From the NCBI GenBank assembly GCA_034780895.1, contig JAUZTB010000118.1, positions 69,655,974 to 69,719,973 of the forward strand: DNA of 64,000 nucleotides, in the 5' to 3' direction. Below the pieces are notes generated by a model. That model worked only from the letters and a program-made list of their open reading frames with translations. It did not search any database and was not told the DNA's origin. The translations under genes and the position numbers were made by a program. This document shows, in pieces, positions 1 to 12,056 of the stretch. Position 1 is the first letter of the stretch; each line of letters opens with the position of its first letter. Source of the stretch: Rhynchobatus australiae. Taxonomy: Eukaryota.

Positions 1-469
1 TAAAAATAGGAACCATATGTAATTAGAAACCTTAGAATACTGATAGCAAATTCTTTCCCCAAGCATTGTATTGCCATTAAAATCTATTAGGGAGAACCAG
101 AACATTCAATTCCCAATCGGAAGCAGCATACAATAAAAGAATTACAATTTCGACTAAAACAAAAGGGAGCCTCAATGGTTAACAGTAACCTTCATCACAA
201 TTGGTAGTACAATGTAAATAAATGAAACTGCTCCACCATAATCTGAAACCGTAACTGCAAAGGGGAGGAACAAGACTCTTCCGACAAACTGAATTTTCAC
301 CTTCCCTGACCCCGCAGGTGTTGAAATTCTCAGTTACTCAAAGCCACCGAAAATAACATTTGAATGATAAATGTCAAGAGTTGACAGCCTTGTTTAGTTA
401 CGGCCTTTATACACTGTAGGCTCTGCATCTGCTGCAAGTTTGAGTGTTTCCTCTGTTCTAATGAGAAAA

Positions 470-562
470 GAAAACACTAAAAACACTCAGCAGGTCAGAC
501 AGCAACTGTGGAAAGAGAAACTGATTCACATTTCAGATCAAAGACCTTTCCTCAGAACTCTG
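470..562 (-). mobile_element. Older PLE terminal-repeat copy
   Basis: Minus strand reads GAGTT-CTGAGGA-AAGGTCTTTGATCT-GAAA-TGTG...TGCTGTCTGACCTGCTGAGTGTTT. Confidence 0.7.
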
Positions 563-1213
563 CTCTAATGTTGCACTGAGACCCAAGCTGGTGGTGCAAC
601 CAGATGACAGCAAAAGAAAATGAACTTGCTGGAATTAACTAAGGTGACCTAGTCAGGAAGACACTGGTGGCGTGGCTGCTGCTTCTCCTCACACAACATA
701 AACACAGCGGGAGAAATGCACCGAAACAGGTTTAGGACTGTAAACGTGGATGTGCGTTTCAGCTCTCGACAAGATGAACAGGAGTGAAGTCTAGTAGGTA
801 TGGAAGTGGTCTTAAAGATGGTATGGAGACAAAGTCTGGTGTTCAACATGGGTTCAGGTATGACACCAAAACCACAAATAAGATTAGTCTGGACATGGGC
901 AATTGCAGATTTGGGAATACAGTAAGTAGTTAAGGAATAATATTAATTGCAAAGGGGCAAAGAAAATTACTTCAGTCATCACAATATCTTGTTGGGGAAA
1001 GCTTCTCCTCATATAGTACCGAATTTCAGATCAATCTAACTTTCTCAACCTAACTGATCCTATTCCTGTTTATCTGGTTTTCCTTTGAATGCNNNNNNNN
1101 NNCAGCAGCAATAGTTGCTCCAAAGCTTCTGACGTCTCTCAATCTTCATATGGGTGATCAAACAGGGCAATTTGTATTTTGTCCCAAACAAAATATTTGT
1201 TTAAATGTCTTAC

Positions 1214-1466
1214 CTTCCTCTGTTTCATGCCACACAATCCCTTCCAGGTTTACACTAGTTCCTGGTTCACATGGTCCAAGGCATTCTGGCTCAGTCACCA
1301 CTCCGACCTCGCAAGTGTTTATTCCCATTGAACGAGTCCTTACTAACAGCTGCTCAACCGGTGCAGCAATGCTAGATGAAGGAGGAAAGTAGGAAGGCAG
1401 AATCTGAGGTGGCATGCTCACAGAGATCGGCGGCGGAGGTGCAGGCACAGTGAACAAAGGATCAAC
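1214..1466 (-). CDS. ZNF608: ZNF608 second coding exon (253 nt, phase 0 to phase 1)
   Basis: Acceptor TTTTCCTTTTTGTTTGACAG|GTT at 1467/1466 and donor GAAG|GTAAGA at 1214/1213. Encodes [84 protein letters not shown](G), continuing ...KTEK in frame into the conserved ZNF608/ZNF609/Brakeless domain. Confidence 0.96.
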
Positions 1467-4400
1467 CTGTCAAACAAAAAGGAAAATGTTATAACCTATA
1501 TTCAGAAAATAACAGCTTAACAATGCTGCATCATTTTATTGTTCCTGGAAACAAACCAAATCTCAATATCTTTCCCATAATCAAATCACTTATGATAATC
1601 AACAAAATTTGAAATCTCATTCAACCATCAGTTTAATTTCATTACCAGTGAATACCCCTGGTCAAACATTATGTTGTTTAAGTCCTTAATAATAGACAGC
1701 ACAATGAAATACAACAAATGACATTTAAGAATGCCTTTGGAAAGAATGTAGAATTGTGCAATATATTGATAGGAGCCATCAGGAATAATCAGTCTTACTC
1801 CATTATCCTTCAACAAAGAAAAGGATATTGTACAAAATGTCACACATTAATGAGCATGTGCAAAGCATTAATCATCGCAGAGAAAGTTCAATGTGTAAAA
1901 ATTAATATTGCTATAGATAGGCTCCATAAGTTACAAAGACATACTGTAATCTGGAGGAGCGGATAACTATAGTGGATGATCATCATAAAGTAATGCTTTC
2001 AACAAACATGCTGTAACATGGCATTCACTTTTTTGGTCCTTTTGTTAGCCTATCCTGAAATTCTGAGTTGTGACAATGAGCTTTGTAGGTAATGGTTAAG
2101 TCTTGTGCACCCAGTGTTTTCTACTGGATGACTACCATTTTGTACTCATCTTGCACATCTTAACAAGCCTTAGGAAATGCACACAGACAAAACCAATTTA
2201 CTTGCTATGTGTCTGAATCAGTTGCAACAAATACACCAAATTGTGCAGGGTGCACGCTAAGCACAGCTTAATCATTTCAATACTTTAAAATGATTTACAA
2301 TAATCCTCTGAAAGGACAGGCATACAATGCACCTTCAATCATAATGGAACATGGCTTTAACCCACCATTAACTGCATGGCAAAGTCTCTACACCTGGATG
2401 AAGAAATTGCAGCATGTGCCTCTCCATTCTGATTCCACTACTCTATCACAGTCGTCATATTTTTGCATTAAGGAAGTGAAGCCAGTGCGATTATCATGGG
2501 TTTCGACATCTCATGAAATACCATGTAATGAAGAGCATTGTGACATCCTATTTAATGGATCAGCCAGTGTGTCTGCAACTTGCCCACTCAGATTAGGAAG
2601 GTTTTCAGAGTCAGGACTTCAGTGGGGTAACAGCTCAGTGGAAGTGTGGGCACATCATTGCAATCCAATTCGTGTGGCTCACAGTAATAAAACTGCTGAT
2701 AGGCAAAGGTATTACATTCTCTCTATACCAATCCTGTACTTTGTAATGTAATACCTTTAAAAAGCTCTGATAACAGGATAGTATCTCTCCTTCCCCAACA
2801 ATGCAAGATCTGCTGAAACATAAAGCTCCAGGGAAAGACAGTGACTGCTTTAATACTGAAAGACACATTCTTTGATGAAACCTTCCTTTGTTGTTTATTG
2901 AAAACCCATTTCAAATCTTACCACAAGCAAAAGACTGTAATCAAATGTAGCCCCGCGGAGCACATTACAGGATATATTTTTCTTCGGCACGTAGCAAAAA
3001 TTCAAACTGAATGAGAATAAAAACAAGAGACACAAAATCTTATTCAGTGTTAAAAGACTAACAATGTGACGCCAATGAGCCATTTTCCATTAGGCAACAG
3101 TCTGACACCATCTGTTTCCCTGCGCAATTCAGCCCTCACAAAATCTCAAACAAAATCATATATCACAGTAAAAGCAGGAAGATACCAATTTTATTTTTAT
3201 AAAGTATTTGTTTTGGAGGATCAAATAACTGTGCTTTCCTCCCCCGCACACATTTCCACAACCTGCTCTCATGCCCATCCTATTGTGATAGAAATTAAAG
3301 GCAGTCTTTTCAGGCAGAGAAGGAGCACATTGAGAAAGGGATATCAGCCAGAGAAAACACTGGGTGCACAAGACTTAACAGCCGGACGTGGCAGTCTGTC
3401 AGAGTGGGGAAAATATATGTCAGAAACAGACGCTCTGCTTTCTTCAGTGTTACTCTAGCGTGATTATTCCCAGGTGTTTATGTGCACTGATCAGAATTCT
3501 GGCAATTCATCACAGAAACCAGAGCAAGGAGAAAGAACATGTTATCCACTCTGCAAAGATATTTACACACATAACTAAAACTGTGCCCAACTCTTATAGG
3601 GAAGCCAGCTCTTTTCAAAAGCAGTTGCCCATCACTTATTAATGCTCACAATGTAAATGTAATGTGTTGAATTTTTTCAACTTCTGCTGCAACATATGAT
3701 GAATGCTGACCCATATTCACAATGATCAAGTGCAATAAGACTTTTAGAAGGTGCAAGATTTTTGAAACTAAATGCCAGAAACATTACAAAAGTAATTATT
3801 TATAAAACGATCCATCTCTATGCATTACTGATCCTGCAAGCTAGAAATTGTCACAATCCTCCAATAACTTGCTTGATTTGGATGTTTTAGAGAAACTCGT
3901 ATTCTTTCTTTTGTTCCGAGTGTTAGAAAAGCATTCGGGCATTTTGTAATTATCCCAGTGTACCAGCAAACCTTCTGCAGAAAGATTTCTTAAAAAATTG
4001 ACACTGATTTACTAAAAGATATTACAGTACCGCCACCAACCTAATCATTAGTACTCCAGCAGCAGTCATGTGAACACATCAATTATGGGCAAGTGCCAAA
4101 AGCTCCAGAGATCCAGCAGATTAACAGGCAATCCTCTGTTTTACAAGCATACATCAAAAAGAATATTAATAAGAGGAGGGGGCGGTGTGAGAGCTTGTCA
4201 GGCTGATTCAGCCATGGATGTAAGCATTTCTTCCAGTCTTTTTCATGAAACTATTCCATGAAAGAAACTGGCACCAACTACAAAGTCTCTTGCCTCCACC
4301 TTTTCAAAAGCACTGTTGTGGATCACTGTAACATTTAGGAAAGTAAGAAATCTGGAGTTAATTTTATCCTGCTGTTCTGACAAGTATTTAGGCCCCTGGT

Positions 4401-7164
4401 ACTTTTAAAAAGCATCAGTTCAATATCTTCTCATTTCCACTCCTCTGTTACTAAAGCAGCCAAATTTATCAAAATTAGCCTTAAATATTGCAAGACAACT
4501 GGAATTACATCAAAGAAAGATTATTCGATGTACAAATATAGCAGAATCCACATAGGGTTCTGAGATCTGGATGCATTACAGTGCTGAAGTTTTATTATTT
4601 AATACACAAAGGATACTTTTATCACAGATATGTGTCCATTATACTTGAAACTGGATCAGACATACAGAATTACTTGTCTCAAGCACACAAGAAGGTGGTT
4701 TAAAGGTAGGGTCCTTCATTTTTTAGTTTATTTGAAACAGCCATTCCAAATGCAGATACATTTTTTATATCTACTTATAGCCTCCATATCCACTAAAGCT
4801 CTTCTAGACCACTCCAAGTAGCCCAATGTAAACTACTGAATACAGTATTACCAAAATCTCTGGAAATCTATTACTATCAACTAGTATACCAGCGGTAATT
4901 CCCAGCAGGATGCACACTATTGTGTTTTTTTCCCCGCTCCCTGCCCTAAATCCTAGTGCTAATACAGCTCTAATGACCTGGACTGAAAAACCTGCTCTGC
5001 ACAGTTACCTCCTGTTTTGAATTCATTGCAGCAGATTTACAAGGTCAATGGCATCCGTCAGCATTAAACATGCAGAGATTTTAAGAGGCCTGGAATGTTG
5101 CAGATAGAAAAGCATAAACTCGAGCCAAAGGGGGAGGATTAAAGGAAAGAACAATATAAAATGGAGTGCATTATTTCCCATGGCATGTAGTTACAGAATC
5201 GTTTCAAAAACAAATCCTCATATTTTATGTATAAGGGAGTTATTTCTTCCCTTTTAACAGTGAACAGAGCCATGTCATTTTTTTTCTCTCAGCAATTAAT
5301 AACACACAACTAGAACTACATTCTCAAACATGACATGTTTCAATCAGGCAATCCTAAATTTAATTAGCAAACCAATAATTGTGGAAAAGCTAGGCAATTT
5401 CCTATTTTCCACTAAAAGAGGAATTTTACCTCTCCTCTTCCAGCTCCATCCATAAGTCACTAAGGCAAATGATGATCTATGGGTCCAGTCTGCTCAATAT
5501 GAACAAGCTTTAATTAGGTTAGACCAGCAGATATTCAAAACAGGTAAAAATGTGAGCGGCTGTGTTGTTTAGTCCGTGCCTAGTAGATGGCTCCTGTATC
5601 TGTAATTAACATATGGATGCAATCTTCACATTCACTCAATTAGTCACAGACGTTGTGGATAAGCTGAGAAAGCAAATGCTGCTCATCCCAAGGATTTACA
5701 GCCACAAGCACCACACCATAAGCTCAATTCTTCCCATTATGCTTGCACAGCCAGTAAGCGCAAACCTATTTTTTTCTTCTCCCTCTTCCAAATGTGAATG
5801 GGTTCAGCATAAAACCTTCACGTAGGCTCACTGTCAGAGAGAGGAATGAATCAAGAACAATAATGCCTTTCACGGCACCTGTACTTGGCATAATTAGTCC
5901 AACCAGTTTCATGTTTCCTGAAAGCTAGGGAGATGCGGCTTCAAAGCAAATGATTCACTCATGCCACAAAAGAAATTGATATAAATGTCACCCAACTAAA
6001 GTATGGGATGAAAGTACGTGGTTAAGAACAGCATTTGAAAAGTGTAGTTTATTCTGGATAGAAAACAAAGTTCTTGTTGTCAAAGTTAGTTCACGGAAAC
6101 AAAGGAGCCACCTCCACACCACACTAATTTTGACGCCACCTCTGTGAAACCCACAGATTCATGCAGGGTTACAGCCTGTGCTTCTCAAGTGCTCATTCAT
6201 TATTTGTGATGCTGGTGCAGCTATTGGAACAGTAAGGCATCACAACTGAACCTAATCCTTATGTTGTCTCATCTGGAGGGTTGGGGAGAGGAAATGGGTA
6301 GGGTCATTTATCACGGAAGCCTCAAGTGATTTCCCCTCTCTTTAGTTCATGAACATTAAAAGAAACTGTGGTAAAATACCCTGCCTGCCTTGAACAAGAT
6401 CAGTGCTGGCCTGGAATGAAAACTGAAGCTTTCCTGATCTGGGTGGCTCTGTATTCGCCCTCTGAGACTAAATGATTTCTTTAATTCCTGTCTGGAATTC
6501 CTGAGTTTCCTGTGTGCTAGAAACCAATACTCCTTTGTACTCTTGTTTCAGTCCTGCNNNNNNNNNNNNNNNNNNNNNNNNNNNNNNNNNNNNNNNNNNN
6601 NNNNNNNNNNNNNNNNNNNNNNNNNNNNNNNNNNNNNNNNNNNNNNNNNNNNNNNNNATCACCACCAGTGTGTTGGACTTTTATTGCTTCACTCTGGCAT
6701 TATACTTGTTCTCTCCAGATGGAACTCACATTTCTTTAGAAATATGAGCATTACACCAATTACAAGTGTGCCATCTGAAGCTTACTTTAAAAAAATTGCT
6801 GGGTGTTGATGCAGTACAGAGAAACTTCATGGGAATATATTAAAGCTGTTGATTACATACAGTTCAATTTCAACCCTAAATTGGCCATTCTATTGCTAGA
6901 TGGTTTTTTTTTACAGTTCAAGTGTCCTGGTGTAGAGGATGAGAATATTTACCTCATACTATTCACAGTCTGCATTCACATCTGGCAAAGCCTTGCTCCG
7001 TGAACACCATGTCACTGGATTTGTTACAGTACTTAGGTTAACACATGATACTACTTTGTTTCACTCAAGTCCTTGTTATGTCATTTCCGAAGATCTCTCA
7101 ACACATCATCCATTACTGTCACAGCCCATCCTAACCCTTCTCCACAACTGAAGACCTGCTTGAT

Positions 7165-7280
7165 TTCAAACTTTTCCCAGTTCTGAGGAATGGTCATTAA
7201 CCTTATACATCAATTCTGTTTTTCTCTCTCTCTGTCTGCTGCCTGACCTACTGAGTGTTTCTAGCATTTTTCTTTTTTTA
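7165..7280 (+). mobile_element. Older PLE terminal-repeat copy
   Basis: CCAGTTCTGAGGAATGGTC...TGCTGCCTGACCTACTGAGTGTTTCTAGCA. Confidence 0.7.
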
Positions 7281-8339
7281 ATGTGTCCTGAAAGATAACA
7301 CTTCTGGGAAACACACCCACCCACATTAGGAAAAAGTACACCATCAGGTCCAGAGTTCACTAACGTTAATAAAAATTAAGCTCTCGTGTCCTTGTAATCA
7401 TTGATTACAAGGCCCCACATGACACCGCTGCCTTTTGAACTGAGGGATGTTTAAACTCGTGATAACATTGCAGATTATTTTTGTTTTGATTTTTTTAGTA
7501 CATATTCCAAATCATCAAGTATCTGCATTATTGAAGGTAATTTTAAGTGCAGTGTAACACCTAATTGTTTTATTTGTTTGTGGCAGTCAGCCAGGGAGAC
7601 TTCCAACGTATCATCCAGCCCATTTTGTGATTAATACTACCACTTTTAATATCTGTATTGAGTCAATACAGTATTTGGGACGTTCCCTGGAAGATTGTTT
7701 AGAAGTGAATCATACTTCTTGAATGGGATTTTATTTAAAGCAAACTCTACCACCCTGTTTCAACTTCAAAGGTCAACAAAGCCACTAAACCCTCTCTTCC
7801 TGATCCTTTTATGGCCTTTTCTGCTTGCACTACAACAACATATAAAGTGACTTGCCTTTATTCTGCATTACTGGGGTTTGATAAGGGGGAGGGGATGGGC
7901 AGACTGGATAAATGTTCGTGAACAAAAAAGCTGGAGACATTTTCAATTGATTTGCTGTGCAACTATTTCACTGGCTGCAATTTTTAAGCAGATCTATGGC
8001 ATTTAATTGTGTAATGCTTGTTATCATTGTAATTGTTTCACTGCCTCTGGTACATATTACTGACTAAAATACCCAAAATCAAGTTACAATTGGCAGAATT
8101 TGCCAAGCGACAGATCAATCTCTTTTACAACATATATAGTTTTGTGCAGACTCTTCTAAAGAAACTGAAGAAGGTGTCATGGGACATGATGATACTGCAG
8201 AGTATGACAGAGGTGGTTGAGCTCTTAATGAATTAAGGGCAGGGCGCCCAGTTTTCTAGATCATTTGAGGGTGGGCATGTTTGCTTCAAGGAGGTGAAGA
8301 ATCAGGCTTCATAGTTAAATTGGCTCCACTCCAGCAGTA

Positions 8340-8483
8340 ACACACAAACTGCTGGATGAACTCAGCGGGTCAGGCAGCAGCTATGGAGAGAAATGGACAG
8401 TCGACGTTTCGACTCGAAACCCTTCATCAAGACCAGCATTTTGTGTGTTGCTCCAGATTTCCAACATCTGCAGTCTCTCTTGT
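8340..8483. mobile_element. PLE mini-insertion with inverted 5' segment and 16-bp target duplication
   Basis: CTCCACTCCAGCAGTA at 8324-8339 and 8484-8499. Left arm is the terminal repeat in minus orientation (hammerhead-like 8435..8398); right arm is its 3' end in plus orientation. Confidence 0.85.
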
Positions 8484-9953
8484 CTCCACTCCAGCAGTAC
8501 ATGTTTGGTGGAAGCGAAAGAAGCCCACTTCCCCCAATCCCAAGACAAGAGATTCCATCCATGTTCCAGGTTGGGACATTCACAAAACTTGATCCAATGG
8601 CACCATGTCNNNNNNNNNNNNNNNNNNNNNNNNNNNNNNNNNNNNNNNNNNNNNNNNNNNNNNNNNNNNNNNNNNNNNNNNNNNNNNNNNNNNNNNNNNN
8701 NNNNNNNNNAATGTATTTGCAGGTAACATGGCAGAAATAAAAAAACAACCACATACCAAAACCATATACTCATAACAGGCAAAAAAAAAATCACCCATCA
8801 TGTGGTCTTGCTGGCCCTTCAAGGTAGGAGCACCAGAAGCTGGGAAAAAGTGGCTTCAAGGCAATTCTAGTTATCTGCAGTTTCATTTTTGTCTGTGGTT
8901 GTCTAGTTATCTGTACTAGGAAAAGTTCATTTATATACAAGTAGTTTCATTCCGCCACCCCCCCGAGTCATGTAACTAAAATCTCAACCAATTCAAAATT
9001 AAAAGGAACAATAATGCTCGGTTTTCTAATATTCATCCACTATTGCAATGTAATGGTAGTTCAAGTTATAAACTAAACTACAATAAAAGTTACAATAAAA
9101 ATTTTGTCCTCAATATCAGCATCACTTTGCCCACTGATTATACATACTAAAAATTGACTACATAATATTTAATGCCTTTCAAAGAAGAGAGATCCAAAGA
9201 TGTAACAAAGATTATGTAGAACATTACACCATCACAACTCAGCTGGCATCAGATAATAACTTACACGAATCCACATTGACAGCTGGAATAATGCTGACAT
9301 GCTAGTCATCCTGCAATGACATTAAAACAGGGCTATGAGTAACATTCAATTAGGATTAAAAATGTCAACAAATGATTTATGATGAATACTTGAAATCACT
9401 TGTGCTCCAAAAATCCAACTAAAGTTATTTGATCACTTCAAATATCAAAGTCAACTTTCAAAAGGAATAACTCTGGAAGGATATTCTTATCCACTTTCAT
9501 TAACCAATGAATGCCCAATTAGATGTGCAAGTGAAAGTATGATATAAATTTTAGAGAACCCACAGACGGACAACTGTTATTTGATACCAAAAGGCTAATT
9601 TAAAGCCCATTACTTTCCAGATGAATGCTATCATTATCCCATTTAGTGGCCACTGGAAAACATATCCACCACTCGGGACTGTGTTCTGATGTTTATATCC
9701 TTTTTTGTAAAGATTGTTCAGTGTATTGAACCGTAAACAGTTTCTCCATATTACTCTGAGGTAATAATTTTTCTTGGCGTTCTAATGTTCATTGAGAATA
9801 GTGAATACCTGCAAGGAACTCCTGGATTCTCTACAATACACCATAATGCTAATAACCAACCACTTGTTTGAAAGTGGGTAGCAACAGGAAAAACAATACA
9901 CTAATACTCATCATCATTCCATTTTTAATTTTTATGGCATCATTTCATACAAA

Positions 9954-10016
9954 GTGCTGAGTTCCCCCAGCATTTTGTGTGTTGCTCCAGATTCCAGCAT
10001 CTGCAGAATCTCGTGT
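9954..10016 (+). mobile_element. 5'-truncated PLE 3' end with 16-bp target duplication
   Basis: CATCATTTCATACAAA at 9938-9953 and 10017-10032 flank GTGCTGAGTTCCCCCAGCATTTTGTGTGTTGCTCCAGATTCCAGCATCTGCAG... Confidence 0.85.
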
Positions 10017-11864
10017 CATCATTTCATACAAAATAATTTCTTTCGGATAATTTAAACATTTGTTTTTAAACATTTTAACAGACTTATTCAGACGAGTTTG
10101 ACTATGAACTTTCATAGCTTAACACAGAATTTAATGAGCTCATCAAAAAGCAAAGAGAAAATGATTTATTTGTTAAGTAACTTCTGCCTTTTACTCCTGA
10201 GACATTACTATTTTAAAGATAACTTTAGGGGGCTTTTAGACGATTTTAAATGCTTCAAATTTTATAATTATTTATGCCTAAACAATTAGTCTCAAGACCT
10301 GTCAATGGAGTCTGTATTCATCATTATGGCCAAGTAATAATTAATACAGCAAACAAATATTGTAATTTCAATTGGAGGCCATTCCATACTGTTTCATAAA
10401 CCAAGTTACAATTAAAACTAAAAGGTACTTAAATAACACAATTAAGGAAAAAATACAACTACTGTTAGAAAAAATTATGTATTGAAATTGTGCTTAAACT
10501 TACAAAAAGGAGGAAGGTTGTAACCAAGAATACATTGGTTCTATGGCTTCCCACTTCTTTCCATCTATGAAATCAATGAAGTCATTCTTCATTCTAGGAC
10601 CTTGATACTTCCTAAACTCGCCATCCTTACAACTGAAAAAAAAACAATTCAATACCACAAGAAAATGGGTATTTTTATGCATTCACAATATTAGAATTCT
10701 TGAAGTTATCCAAATTACAAATATCACTTAAATTAGCTGCAACAAAGAAGCTTCCAATATTTTACTTGTCTTCAAAATGTACTCAATATATTCATTATGC
10801 AAAATGCTATTGTAAAATAAATTGTACTTCAACATACAGATTTACAGAGGTAAGAAGATATTTGATTAAAACTGGGCACATTGTACTTTAATATTAAGAA
10901 ATATTTTGAAGTTGTAATATGATACAGCAATGTGGCTAACTGGTTTATGAAACAGTTAATATTACTAATAACTACTCAGATCATAGCACCATCTAGATAT
11001 CCAAGGAAACTTTAAGATCCTATGAGGACATTTCTGCCATAATAAAATTATAAATAATTAAGTGGTAAAAGTAAACAAATTTTAGTCATTTTCACTTTGT
11101 TTTCCACAGACTAACACTGGTTCAATACATGTTTGGAATAAATAATGTAGTCCTTCTGATCACAAACACAAATCACAGCCAGTGATTATTTCACAACTAG
11201 ATCTAGTCATTACTGGACTCAGTCACTTCAAACATCTTTCACCTTTTTTTTAAGAAAAAGATACAGTCACCAGGCCATCAGGTGTCCACCTTTCAAACTT
11301 TGAACTCCATTGCTGAAATTACCTGATAACTGAGACAATCCAGTCCAGTTGACTAGTATACAAGATGACCCCAAATGTAGTGTTTGGTTTACAGCATGTT
11401 CCCCAGGTCTGACATATTCATTCTTTTGTATAGAATTTCATTGAGCATAGGAAATGTGAAGAGCACTGGATAAATTTAAAGTTTCTGCACAAAGTTTACA
11501 TTCTAGCCCAAGTTTATTGCTTCATTAAGAGTTAGCAAAATATCAGTTTAAAAATAACCCCATTCCTCTCCAAAAACATCCAGGACATCTCTAGCCTGCA
11601 TAGAGGGAATAAAACAAACTTAAAAAGGTAAGAATTATTGGCAGGGACAAGTAGTAAAATAGAAAAAAAAATCCAGAGACCCACTGCTCTTTGACCTTTC
11701 GGAATAAGGTAACTAATCTCCTCTAAGATCAGTTATTTTAACACAGCCTTGTGCCATTTTAAAGGCCTCAATGGCAATCTTTGGTAGGAAGGTGCAAAAA
11801 GCATAGTCAGTGAGAAAGCCAAGGAATTCCCGAATGTGCTTCTAAATATTTAAATTTAAATTTA

Positions 11865-12056
11865 CAGCATGGTAACAGGCCCTTTTGGCCCAACAAGTCC
11901 TTGCCTCCCATTTTAAACCCACGTTAATCTACCCATACGTCTTTGGAATGTGGGAGGAAACTGGAGCACCCGGAGGAAACCCACGCAGACACGGGACAAC
12001 GTACAAACTCCTTACAGACAGCAATGGGAATCAAACCCCGATCGCTGGCGCTGTAT
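11865..12056 (-). mobile_element. V-SINE (HE1-like) with CR1/HER1-type 3' tail
   Basis: V-domain GGAGTTTGTACGTTGTCCCGTGTCTGCGTGGGTTTCCTCCGGGTGCTCCAGTTTCCTCCCACA; tail GGGCCAAAAGGGCCTGTTACCATGCTGTA. Confidence 0.85.

Noticed and set aside
1158-1213. C-terminal part of the 99-aa ORF (KTFKQIFCL...)
   Set aside because: Intron sequence after the GTAAGA donor.
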